A stretch of DNA of 64,000 nucleotides from Chiloscyllium plagiosum (lineage: Eukaryota), in the NCBI RefSeq assembly GCF_004010195.1, contig NC_057720.1, positions 14,945,939 to 15,009,938 of the forward strand. Direction: 5' to 3'. A model generated the notes under the pieces. That model saw nothing but the letters and a program-made list of their open reading frames with translations, made no database searches and was not told the origin of the DNA. Below, one piece after another: positions 48,555-60,419 of this stretch. Positions within the stretch are counted from its first letter, which is position 1. Each line of letters begins with the position of its first letter. The translations under genes were made by a program, and so were the position numbers.

Positions 48555-51470
48555 AGATGTACAACATGGAAATAGACCCTTAAGTCCAACTCATCCATGC
48601 CAACCAGATATCACAACCTAACCTAGTCCCACTTACCAGCACCCTGCTGATATCCCTTCAAATCCTTCCTAATCACATAACTATTTTTTTAAATGTTGCA
48701 ATTGTAGCTGCCTCCACCACTTCCTCTGGCAGCTTATTCCATCCACACACCACCCTCTGTGTGAAAACATTGCCCCTAGGGTCTCTTTCATATCTTTCCC
48801 CTCTCACCCTAAACCTATGCCCTCTAGTTCTGGACTCCCCAAACCCAGGGAAAACACTTTGTCTATTTATCCTATCCATGGTCCTCATGATTTTATAAAC
48901 CTCTATGAGGTCACCTCTCAGCCTCTAATGCTCCAACGAAAGCAGCCCCAGCCTGTTCAGCCTCTCCCTACAGCTCGAACCCTCCAACCCTGGCAATATC
49001 CTTGTAAATCTTTTCTGAACCCTTTCAAGTTTCACAATATCCTTCCGACAGGAAGGAGTTGAGAGTGTGGTGCTGCAAAAGCACAGCAGGTTAGACAGCA
49101 TCTGAGAAGCAGGAGAATTGATGTTTTGGGCAGAAGCCCTTCACCAGGAATGAGGCTTGTGGGTCAGGACTGAGAGATAAATGGGTGGGAGTGGGGTTTG
49201 GGGGAAGGTAGCTCAGGAAGCGATAGGTGGATGAAGGTGAGAGAGAAGGTAATAGGTCAGAGGGGGGATTGATGGACAGATCAAGAGGATGGTGCCGAGT
49301 TGGGGGCTTGAGGTTGGGATAATGTGGGAGGGGGGGAAATGAGGAAGATGTTGAAATCCACATTTGTCCCATGTGGTTGCATGGTCCCAAGATGGAATAT
49401 GAGGCGCCCTCCTTCAGGCGTCGAGTGGTAAGGGTTTGGTGATAGAGGAGGCGCAGGACCTGCATGTGCTTGATGGAGTGGGAGCGGGAGTTGAAGTGTT
49501 CAGCCACGGGGTGGTGGGGTTGGTTGGTTGGTTGGTCCCAGAGATGTTCTGAAATGATCCGCAAGAAGGCATCCTGTCGTCCCAATGTAGAGGAGGCGAC
49601 ACCGAATGCAACGGATGCAGTAGATGACATTGGTAGAGGTACAAGTAAATTTCTGACGGGTGTGGAAGAATCCCTTTGGGGCCTTGGACGGAGGTGAGGG
49701 GAGTGGTGTAGGCGCAGAGTTTGCACTCCCTGCAGTGGCAGGGAAAGGTGCCAGGAGTGGGGTGTGGGCTGGTGGGGGATGTGGACCTGACGAGGGAGTC
49801 GTGGAGGGAATGGTCTTTTCGGAACTCTGATAGGGATGGGGAGGGAAGTATGTCTGTGGTGGTGGGGTCTGATTGGAGGTGGCAGAGTGGTGGAGGATGA
49901 TGCGATGTATGTGGAGATTTGTGGCGTGGAAGGTAAGGACTGGGGGTTCTGTCCTTGTTTCGTTGGGAGATGTGGGTTGCAAGGGCAGTGGTGCGTGAAG
50001 TGGAGGAGATGCGCTGGTGGACATCGTCAATTACGTGGAAAGGGAAGTTACAAACATGGAAGAAGGAGGTCATCTGGAATTGGTCATCCTAGGAACAGAT
50101 GCAGTGGAGGCGGAGGGTCTGGGGATAAGGGATGGAGTTTTACAGGAAATAGGGTGGCAAGAGGTGTAGTCGAGGTAGGTGTGGGAGTCGGTGGGCTTGT
50201 AGTATATATCTGTGGTTAGTCAGTCACCAGAGACGGTGATGGAGTGGTCCAGGAAAGGGTGGGATGGGGGAGGGGAGGTTTCCAAGATGGCCCAGGTGAA
50301 TTTGAGGTTGGGGTGGAAGGTGTTGATAAAGTTGATGAAGTGTTCAAACTCTTGTGGGAGCACAAGGCATCACAGATACAGTCATTGATGTAGCGGAGGA
50401 AGAGGTGGGGGATGGTGTCGGTGTAACTGCAGAAAATGGACTGTTCCACATATCTAACAAACAGGCAGGCATAGCTGGGTCCCATGTGGGTGCACATTGC
50501 TACCTCTATGGTTTGGACCAGAGGAGACCAAAATTGCATACAATATTCCAAAAGTGGTCTAACCAATGTCCTGTACAGCCGCCACATGATCTCCCAACTC
50601 CAATACCCAAAACTCTGACCAATAAAGGAAAGCATACCGAATGCCTTCTTGACTATCCTATCTACCTGCAACTCTGCTTTGAAGGAGCTCTGAATCTGCA
50701 CTCCAAGGTCTCTTTATTTAGCAACACTCCCTCGGATCTTACCATTAAGTGTATAAGTTCTGCTAAGATTTGCTTTCCAAAAATGCAGCACCTCACATTT
50801 ATCTAAATTAAACTTCACCTGCCACTCCTCGGCCCATTGGCCCATCTGATCATGATCCTGTTCTAATCTGAGGCAACCATCTTCCCTATCCATTACACCT
50901 CCAATTTTGGTGTCATCTGCAAACTTACTAACTATACCTCTTATGCTCACATCCAAAGCATTTATATAAATGATGAAAAGTAGTGGACCCAGCACTGATC
51001 CTTGTGGCACTCCACTGATCAAAGGCCACCAGTCTGAAAAACAACCATCCAACACCATCCTCTGTCTTCTACCTTTGAGCCAGTTCTGTATCCAAATGGT
51101 TGGTTCTCCCTGTATTCCATGAGATCTAACCTTGCTAATCAGTCTGCCATGGGCAAACTTGTTGAACGCCTTACTGAAGTCCATATAGATCATGTCTACC
51201 ACCCTGCCCTCATCTATCCTCTTTGTTACTTCTTCAAAAAACTCAATCAAGTTTGTGAGACATGATTTCCCACGCACAAAGCCATGTTGACTATCCCTAA
51301 TCAATCCTTGCCTTTCCAAATACATGGGCACCCTGTCCCTCAGGATTCTCTCAACAATTTGCCCACCACTGAGGTCAGGCTCACTGGTCTACAGTTCCCT
51401 GGCTTGTCCTTACCACCTTTTTTAAATAGTGGCACCACGTTAGTCAACCTCCAGTCTTCTGGCACCTCAC
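48555..51470 (-). mobile_element. Second HER1/CR1 copy in tandem, interrupted by a PLE
   Basis: ORF 50714-51331 with full RT core; 3' part at 48555-49057. Confidence 0.9.
49059..50515 (-). mobile_element. Penelope-like element (Neptune-like), 5'-truncated
   Basis: MGPSYACLF, LRYINDC, CHCRECKLC, FTCTSTNVIYCIRCIRCRLLYIG; degenerate hammerhead at ~49118-49150. Confidence 0.9.
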
Positions 51471-51498
51471 CATCCTCAGCTCAACTCACCTACTGCTG

Positions 51499-52256
51499 GC
51501 ACTCCCCCCCCATCCTGGCACTTTCCCCTGCCACCGCAGGAACTGTAAAACCTGTGCCCACACCTCCTCCCTCACCTCCATCCAAGGCCCTAAAGGAGCC
51601 TTCCACATCCATCAAAGTTTTACCTGCAAATCCACTAATATCATTTATTGTATCCGTTGCTCCCGATGCGGTCTCCTCTACATTGGGGAGACTGGGCGCC
51701 TCCTAGCAGAGCGCTTTAGGGAACATCTCCAAGACACCCGCACCAATCAACCAAACCGTCCCGTGGCTCAACATATCAACTCCCCCTCCCACTCTGCTGA
51801 GGATATGGAGGTGCTGGGCCTCCTCCACCGCCACTCCCTCACCACCAGACGCATGGAAGAAGAACATTGGGGAGACTGGGCGCCTCCTAGCAGAGCACTT
51901 TAGGGAACATCTCCAAGACACCCGCACCAATCAACCACACCGNNNNNNNNNNNNNNNNNNNNNNNNNNNNNNNNNNNNNNNNNNNNNNNNNNNNNNNNNN
52001 NNNNNNNNNNNNNNNNNNNNNNNNNNNNNNNNNNNNNNNNNNNNNNNNNNNNNNNNNNNNNNNNNNNNNNNNNCCCCCCCCCCCCCTCCTCTAGCTTATC
52101 TCTCCATGTTTCAGGCTCTCTGCCTTTATTCCTGATGGAGGGCTTTTGCCCGAAACGTCGATTTTGCCTGTCCTCGGATGCTGCCTGAATTGCTGTGCTC
52201 TTCCAGCACCACTGATCCAGAATCTGGTTTCCAGCATCTGCAGTCATTGTTTTTAC
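51499..52256 (+). mobile_element. PLE 3' fragment (GIY-YIG plus hammerhead tail) spanning an N gap
   Basis: CHRRNCKTC, IYCIRCSRCGLLYIGETG; 14-bp TSD ctcacctactgctg 51485-51498 / 52257-52270; hammerhead 52132-52159 reads CTGATGG. Confidence 0.9.
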
Positions 52257-52555
52257 CTCACCTACTGCTGAAACCTCACCCATGCTAGTTTTGACTGTCC
52301 TGACTGACCTCCCATGTTCCATCCTACCTCAAATTGAGCTCATCCAAAATTCGTCAGCACGTGTCTTAAATCACATCAAGAACCATTCACGCACTCACAC
52401 ATATCCTCGCTGGGCGACAGTCACTCTTGGTCTACTGAATGCTAATAACATTGTTGAGTCAGCTAGATTTCAGTGGTATTGGCATCACTTTGGAAAATAT
52501 ATTCATTTCCCAACTGTGTGAAGCAGTTAAAGGTCATGTGCTCCTGGACTAGGAG

Positions 52556-52781
52556 TCAAAGAGTGTGGTGCTGGAAAAGCACAGCCAGTCGGGCAGCATC
52601 CAAGGAGCAGGAGAATTGACATTTCCGACATAAGTCCTTCATCAGGAATGACATCATTCCTAATGAAGGGCTTACGCCTGAAACATCGATTCTCCAGCTC
52701 CATCGATGCTGCCTGACAGGCTGTGCCTTTCCAGCAATACACTCTTCAGCTCTGATCTCCAGCATCTGCAGTCTTCACTCC
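52556..52781. mobile_element. Older palindromic PLE mini-element (family A)
   Basis: Inverted arms meeting at gaatga-ca-tcattc; TSD ctcctggactaggag 52541-52555 / ctcttggactagaag 52782-52796. Confidence 0.85.
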
Positions 52782-53271
52782 CTCTTGGACTAGAAGCTCC
52801 AGGTTCTAGTCCCACATGAGGACCTCATGGCCACATAATGTGACCAAATGGGTTGAGTCTCAATCTCTTAAATGTTTCCAATATGCATATTGGATTGGAG
52901 TAGCAATGTTCCTTGGTCAACTCTAACTCTGTAGTAGCTGCAGTGCAATAGTCTCCCCACATTAAAGACTTAACACACGCACTTGCCATTCGGAAATGAC
53001 ATCCACATTCCAAGTGATTACCACATGTGCAGAGCATTTGGTGAAAAACTACTTTGCAATACACACACTGGACAGACAAATCAATGCATATTCCTGTGCA
53101 AAGTATAGCTCATCCAAATCTTCCTCACATATATATCTTGTCTTATCCTAAACATTTATGCTTTAAGATAAATGACATAAGAAATAGATGTGACACAGAA
53201 AGTTTTCAAGAGTTCTTGAGTGCCACATTCACATGGAATTGAACTGACATAATCTTAATGAACCAAATGGT

Positions 53272-53472
53272 TGTGGAAATAACTGCACAGAGGCCAGTAT
53301 CCTCTAACCAAGTCACCCTTTATTTATATGTGCATAGAGTCAGCCCCTGAAATGAAGAGACTATGAATCCCCTGTTTATATCTGTCAGCCAAGGCTCCCT
53401 TATTAGCCCAAGTTAACAACCCCAATCAAGGATCTCATAGTCAATAAGATCTACCTGATTTCAATCACTACA
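53272..53472 (-). mobile_element. Short solo-LTR-like element
   Basis: Minus strand starts TGTAGTG and has AATAAA before gggtgacttgg near its end; imperfect gttgt/gtttt flanks. Confidence 0.4.
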
Positions 53473-55024
53473 GTTTTGTCTGTGTTTGGGTAGTTAATAA
53501 GTCTGTAATAAACATAGAGGCATTATACTGCTTGATTCTGTGACCTTCCATAGTCTTCCATTCTGAAAGTTATAGGGGAGATGCAGAGTAAGGGCAGTCG
53601 ATGGTTGCATTGTTTTTAAAAAGCCCATTTCCTGAAACAAATCCTTCGAGGGCATGGAGATTAAGGATAATGGCAGATTGATACAATCTTTAATTGTTCT
53701 TTGTGAAAAGGAGTTAGAAAAGGAAGCCTGTTGGGGTGTGAACAACTGGAGCTGTTGATTGTGAATTATTTGGGCTCAATCACTTTTGGGTTTGATGCAT
53801 CACACAGAAATTTTTAATTGTTCATTCAAAATTTGATTTGTTTGAAAAATATGGGTCTTTGAATCTGCAGACGGAGCTAGCTTGGTGACATAGGCATATG
53901 GGAGACATTGAGATCTTGAAAGTAACTGTTTGCACCAAAGTGAGCAGCCTAGGGTTGAGCTTTCTCGGGGTGAGCAGTGCTTTTATATATGAGTCTGACT
54001 GAATACAGAACACATTGAACCAATGAATGGTGCAGCACACTTTGGCATCATTTAATAAATCAGATGTGTTCCAGCTCTCTGAAAGATTGAGTCTTTCCAT
54101 TCTACTTTATGAACCAGAGGTAGATTTTGAGCAGGTTTGAAAGAATCGATAAGGTTGGATAAAAAGAAAAGCTGCAACAAGAAATGAAATAGGTCCATCA
54201 CCGCAGTTTTGTTTTCAGTCTGATAGACACTGTCTGAAATTGTGGTGACCCAGATTCAGCTATGACCTCTAAAGAGAAGTTGGGTATAGACTTGAAAGGG
54301 GTCATTGACCGGGCATTCCTGAATGTATTTTTCCCAAATGCAAAAAATACTATTCTGGTTAATGGAGGGGAAAGGAGGAGTTAGGAGGAAGAACCAGATT
54401 CCTTTTATCAAATTGAATTAACAGCAGTACACCTGTTAAGTCTGAAGCTTCTCAGCCCATCTTAGACTCTTTAAGGCTGAATTAGAAATGGATTTTATTA
54501 AAGGAAAACATAGATTACAACCTGGCTTGATATTTGTCTCAGTGCAGTTAACAGGGGATCCAGTTCGCTGGCCTAAATAATGGAAGCAGGTATCGCATCA
54601 TGTGGGTTATCAGACTGAAACAAAGGCAGAAAAAATTAACAATGAACTGCAGATGCTGGAAATCAGACAAAAAAACAGAAATTGCTGGAAAAACTCAGCA
54701 GGTCTGGCAGCATCTATGGAGAGAAAGACAGTGTGTTAAAGTTAATGGTCTAGTGATCCTCTTTCAGAACTGAATGAATGATCTTTGAACGAATTTTTTT
54801 ATATTGTTACGTATATGTTACATTGACAAAAATAATAAATACAATGAAAAGCTTTTTTCTTGTGCCATGACTGATTGTAGCTCGGAAAGGTTTGATCTAT
54901 ATGATAAAGGTCATATAGATAGGGGGAGTGCAAGAGTAAACAATAAGGGAGGGTACAGCCCAGAAACATCAAGTGAGAACAATGGTTGGGCAGACTAACC
55001 GGGACAGACTTAATTATTGTTCTC

Positions 55025-55223
55025 TCCCTCAGGAACTGCTTCTTTTCACCCGTTATTAGACTGATGAATGGGCTCTCTAGCATTAAAAATGCTGATCTCA
55101 CCTAGCACACACCCTGAGCAGTGCAACATGTATGTCTCTGTCTATTTGCAGCTTCTGATCTGTATACCATTATTATGATCTGCCTGTACTGGTCGTAAAC
55201 AAAGCTTTTCACTGTACTTCCAT
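55025..55223 (+). mobile_element. Rex/Babar-like LINE 3' end
   Basis: RNCFF..VIRLMN-like C-terminus, aagcttttcactgtac..gtgacaa and (tcaa)n tail. Confidence 0.5.
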
Positions 55224-55699
55224 ACATGTGACAATCAATCAATCTCCACCTATCATTTGCTCCTACAGCCCCATCTAATTTTCAACATTTGGACAAACCT
55301 TTTCCTGGCTACAGTCAGTTCTAAAGGAGGGTCACTGGAGTGTTAGCTGTTTTCTGTCTCCACATATTTTGCAGGACCTAATGAGTTTCTCCAACAATTC
55401 CTGTCTTTGAAAATAAGAGATGTTACTGTAGTGAGATTTCCTGCTCCTTGCGTCCTTCCAGTTCCAGGACATGGATCAGGATTCCCCAACTCCCAGTAAC
55501 TCTAAATGTGTTGGCTGTACTATTCTAAGCTCTATGTTCTATGCCCAGGGGCCTTCTCGTGGCAATGTGGTTATGTCCCTACCCCTAGACTGGGAGGCCC
55601 AGGTTCAAGAACCACCAGCTCCAGAGGTGATTGTGTAATAACATCTCTGAACGGGTTGATTCGAATGCAAATTAATAAACAGAATAAATAAAAATACTG

Positions 55700-56332
55700 T
55701 CTCCCTCCCCCCCCCCCCCCCCATCTAGGTTCGCTTTGTGGTCGGGGGGTGGAGGGAGTGAGAGTTGTAAATCTTTCTCAGACAGTCCCTGAGCACTGTG
55801 CGGATACAGAGACAGACAGTCCCCTCCCCTCCTTTCTGATTCTGTCTGGGGGAGGGCGGCTTTGAGAGCGGCAGCAGGTATTTGGCTGCGTGGAAGAGGG
55901 GGTGGGTCTGTTTGTGTGTGTGGACAGACTGTACCACCCGTGCAGAGGACAGTGCGAGGTACCCAGATGTGTCACTGTGTACTGAGGGAGTGTCAGCCCC
56001 AGTGTTGCATCCTGACTGAAGGGCTGGAGAGGGCTGCGGTTTCCACACTATCATCAGTGGCTCTCAGCTTCTCTCTCCCTCTCTCTCTCTCTGCGGATCA
56101 CAGACAAAGGAAATAAATCTGCAACCTGATGATGCGATCTCTATTCCAGAATTGACATCAGGGAAATTGAGCCGGATTTTCGAAAAAATGAGCTGATCTA
56201 TTGCATTGCACTAGAATCGGGAGGTTTGGAGGCAGTTTTTTTTTGTTTGTTTTGAACGTTTTGGTTTCTCATGCTGCTTGCGCCCATGCTGTGAATTTTC
56301 CAATGAGCCTGGACAAAGCTGTCTCTCCTTGT
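55700..56332 (+). promoter_or_regulatory. Putative promoter and non-coding first exon of a downstream gene (LRRC8C by expected synteny)
   Basis: TE-free, GC/CpG-enriched stretch; poly-C at ~55707-55722, GC-box-like ggggagggcgg, (ct)n; consensus donor GT|GTAAGT at 56333. Confidence 0.5.
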
Positions 56333-57080
56333 GTAAGTACCCCTTTCTTCTTTGCTCGGTCCTCTCTCTGGGCAACAAAAACAAAATGCACCGCTCTTCA
56401 AACCTTCCAGCATCCCAAACTTACCCCTAATGCTGCTTCATGTTGCAACTTTATCTATTTCCCGGATTCCGTTGGAAGAGCCGAGAGGGGATGCATGCCC
56501 CTTGAAATATTGATGGAGATTTGCACAGAAGTGCCTCAGTTCCCAGTTTAAAACAGGCACCCTATTGCCTTTACTCTCACACACACTGGCATTCTGCTGC
56601 AGAAACGGCGAGGGGTGGGGTTAAATCTGTGCCTGTGTGTCTAAACCTCTCCCTTTGTATGTGCCCGTGTGCTCCTGTATGCGCCTATACTGTTTCCATG
56701 AGCAATGCCTGGCATATTAAGTGGAATTGAGGAGCAGGTCGAACTGAGTGAGACAGTTAAAATACCAACAAGAGGTTCACCGAGTGGAAAAAGACGCTTC
56801 AGATGTCGCTTATCGACGACTCCAAATAGCTCCATCAGCGAGATTAAAGAGGCGCCGATTATTTTTGGCAATTTTTAAGAGAAAGGCGTAACATTGCCAA
56901 GGTGATGTCAGGCAGCAGTGCCACATGGTGTCTCTTCATTTTAACACCTGCTGTTTTCCAAGGGTTTGCTCTAGAAAAGAAGCATTTATATAACGTCTTT
57001 CACCACCCCATGAGTCCCTCTTCACTTAATGTACTTCTGAGGATGTTGCTTCTGTGGAATTACAGTAGCAATTTGCACAT

Positions 57081-57488
57081 GTGATTTGGAGATGCCGTCT
57101 AATCTAAAAACTCTGTTATCTCACTTTTTAGATTAGAATCAATCTAAACATCATGGCATAGACAGAGAACACAGGGGGCCAACACCTTCAACACATTGTC
57201 TAGCTATCACCATTGTTAACAGCTAACCCGAGAATGCAACTTTAAAAAAAAGGTTTTGTGACTTACACATGAAAGAAGTGAAACTATCACTGTATTCTAA
57301 CAGATGAAAGGCTTAACAATCAATTTTTCAATGTATAATTTCAGTTACATCACATTGTAAATTTTTGCTATAAATTCTATGTTACGATCAAGCCCTCCAC
57401 TATTACCTGATGAAGGAGCGTCACTCTGAAAGCTAGTGTGCTTCCAATTAAACCTGTTGGACTATAACCTGGTATTGTGCGATTTTTA
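57081..57488 (+). mobile_element. Family B PLE 3' fragment with a short inverted terminal arm
   Basis: TSD aatttgcacat 57070-57080 / 57489-57499; hammerhead CTGATGAAGGAGCGTCACTCTGAAAGCTAGTG at 57407-57438. Confidence 0.85.
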
Positions 57489-57586
57489 AATTTGCACATA
57501 GTTAGCCCCTACCAACAGGAATGTGACACTGACCAGATCATCACTGAAGGCGGAAACAGAGTTAAAGTGTTTCAAGTCTGGTATGA

Positions 57587-57710
57587 ATTGGAGATGCCGG
57601 TGTTGGACTGGGGTGTACAAAGTTAAAAATCACACAACACCAGGTTATAGTCCAACAGTCTTAATTAGAAGCACTATCTTTCAGAGCGCTGCTCCTTCAT
57701 CAATGGTTGA
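57587..57710 (-). mobile_element. Solo family B mini-element inserted into the hammerhead of an older PLE
   Basis: TSD ctggtatga 57578-57586 / ctggcatga 57711-57719. Confidence 0.75.
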
Positions 57711-57751
57711 CTGGCATGAGCCTTCTTCAGAAATGAATGGTGTTGGAATAT

Positions 57752-57975
57752 TAAAAACTGAAAGAACTGTGGATGCTGGAAATCAGAAACAAAAAGAGTA
57801 ATTGCTGGAAAAGCTCAGCAGGTCTGGCAGCATCTATGGAGAGAAATCAAGGTTAATGTTTTGAGCCGAGAGACCCTGCCTGAGGAAAGGTGACTGGACC
57901 CGAAACGTTGACTCTGATTTCTCTCCACAGATGCTGCCAGACCTGCTGAGCTTTTCCAGCAATTTCTGTTTTTGA
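57752..57975. mobile_element. Palindromic PLE mini-element (family D)
   Basis: TSD tgttggaatat 57741-57751 / 57976-57986; CTGAGGA..GACCCGAAACGTT at 57880-57909. Confidence 0.85.
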
Positions 57976-58539
57976 TGTTGGAATATCGTTGTACATGCTT
58001 TTGACAGAGGCAGAGACCCCGCACAAAAGGCAAAGGCCTTGTTACTGACAATGAAAGAGAAAAAGAGATGTAAAATAGGTATAAACTGAAGTGTGAAAGG
58101 GAGAGAATTGATCCGCTCTACTCAGTGCAAAGGTACAAACAGGGCAAGGTTTGTATGGTAGAGAGAAGAAAAATGGAGAAAAGACATAATGCAGTCTGTT
58201 TCTGAATTAATGGGATTCAATATTGTGACCTTGAGGCTGTAAAGTGGAAAATGAGGTGATGTTCCTCCAGGTTATGTTGCACTTTAATGTTTCTCTCTCC
58301 ACAGGTGCTGCCAGACCTGCCGAGTTTTCCCAGCATTCTGTGTTTGTTTCCAATTTCCAGCATCCACAGTATTGAGCCGCTCATCACTTGTTGCGGTTTG
58401 GTTGTGGGAATAGATATTAGACACAAGCTGGGGATTGGTCCCCTGCAATTCTCCAAAGCAGCTCCAGAGATGTTTTCATCTTAGAAAGAAGAGAGGCTTC
58501 TATTCAATGTCTCACTTAAAAGATAGTAGAATAGGTACA

Positions 58540-59035
58540 GAATCATAGAATGATAGAGTGAAGAAGAGACCCTTCACTCCATCAAATCTGTACTGCCAAA
58601 AATGTACTAATACACCCAGCCCATTTTCCGTATTAGGTCCGTAACCTTGAATGTTCAAGTGCTCATTTAAATACTTTTTAAAGATTATGAGATTTCCTGC
58701 TTCAACTATCCTCCCAGGTAATGCATTCCAGACCCTCTGTGTAAAAAAGATTTTTCTCAAATCCCCTCTAAACCTCCTGCATTTCACTTTAAAACTATGG
58801 TCCCTCATCACTGACACAAAGACAGAAATAGCTGGAAAAACTCAGCAGGTGTGGTAGTTTCTGTGGAGAGAAGTCAGAGTTATCCAGTGACCCTTCTTCA
58901 GAACTTGTTGTTGACCCTTTAACTAAAGGGAACAGCTGCTTCCTATTCAGCCTGTCCATGCCCTTCATAATCTTATACACCTCTATCACGTGCTTCCTCA
59001 ACCTTTTGTGCTCCAAAGAAAATAACTGAAGGTAA
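58540..59035 (-). mobile_element. CR1 3' fragment with a family D insert
   Basis: FFTQRVWNALP, LFSLEHKRLR. Confidence 0.8.
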
Positions 59036-59069
59036 CAGAGCACATCAGATGTGTGTCAGGCTCAGTTGT

Positions 59070-59197
59070 GGAGAAAGTGAGGTCTGCAGACGCTGGAGAT
59101 CAAAGCTGAAACTTTATTGCTGGAACAGCACAGCAGGTCAGGCAGCATCTAGGGAACAGAAGATTCGACGTTTCGGGCACATGCCCTTCTTCAGGAA
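59070..59197 (-). mobile_element. Solo family A mini-element
   Basis: TSD tcagttgt 59062-59069 / 59198-59205. Confidence 0.85.
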
Positions 59198-59199
59198 TC
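59162..59199 (-). ncRNA. Minimal hammerhead ribozyme, intact core with a perfect 5-bp helix I
   Basis: Minus strand GATTC-CTGAAGA-A-GGGC-atgt-GCCC-GAAA-C-GTC^GAATC. Confidence 0.85.
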
Positions 59200-60419
59200 A
59201 GTTGTTCCATTTAAGTGGGGCTTGAACCCATTATTGTCTGATTCAAAGGCATAAGTACTCCAATCGAGCATGGTAGGCACCTCAACTGTGAGCGCAAAGG
59301 AAATGGTCATGATTTTAATTTCATTACAATAACCTTAAAGCATAATGCTTCAGATTAAACTGAATATTGTTCACACAACCAGGATATCAGCCCAGACGCA
59401 CAAACACAGGAAACACCTGCCCAAGACTGACAAAAGCAACTGACTTCACTTCCTAGTAGTAAAATGTATCAAGTGTGGTATCGTTACTTTAGAACATGCC
59501 TTCAAACTTTTGTTCAAATTTCAAAGTTGCTCCTCTCCCCCCACCCCATCATTGAAGACATTGCGCCAAATGGATCTTGTCAATGCAATGTTCACATCAG
59601 TTCTTAATACAAAGGCAAGAAAGAAATCACTGGAGATTTATATATGGATTTACTTTGTGTCTGTGCTACAGGATATGAGCAATTGAAATGCAAGCCAAAT
59701 ATGCAGTTTAAAAGGTTGTTGATATTTGGGCACAAGTGTTAAACTTACAGAAGCACAAAAGATCCACATCATATTGAATTTTTACTATCACAATGGACCC
59801 CTTCACCTGGAATAATAGCCTCTCCTCCTAAAGTTACAGATCAATTTGCATATTTCCTACAAATGCATCAGCACAGAAGCTCTGTTCAAATTAGGACTAG
59901 ATTTGCAGCTATAGCAGGAAATAATGTAATTTTCCGGGTGTTTTTATACACCCCAACTCTTGTATTGGGCACATTTGTGCCAGTGAGAGTCATTCTCTGC
60001 ACCTGATAATGTTCATGAATCCAAAATTAAATGTACCAACATTCTGAACCCCTTAATGGACAAAATCAGGAGATGGTAACCTAATCAATCCCCATTTCTT
60101 TAACATTTTCCAAGCATGTGTTCAGTATTTAATAATTAATCCTAAACTGGGAGCTGGAGTTTGTCAAGCTCAGCAAGTCGGCAAGAACGTTTCACAGCAG
60201 CCCAGGGGTTCTGAAGGTTTTTTTTTATAGCATTTCCTCTCATTAACCTTCAAGAAAAGAGTTATTTTCTGTGAGGGAAAATTAATCGAGGAATGCTCAA
60301 ATTGCAAGCAGGGAGTAGTTTAATTAATGACAGGTAATTGCAAGGCACAAACTGCTGTTTGGACTGCCAAAAAGAGCCTACTCAGTGAATAAGCTTTAAA
60401 TGGTGTCTGAGTGATTGAT

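Noticed and set aside
51683..51942. Internal direct repeat in the PLE (51683-51760 / 51866-51942) as a pseudo-LTR
   Set aside because: It directly abuts an N gap and is more likely a contig-end artefact; cannot be supported
55061..55080. ctgatga as a further hammerhead (also at 12113)
   Set aside because: No helix II-GAAA-NUH arrangement follows
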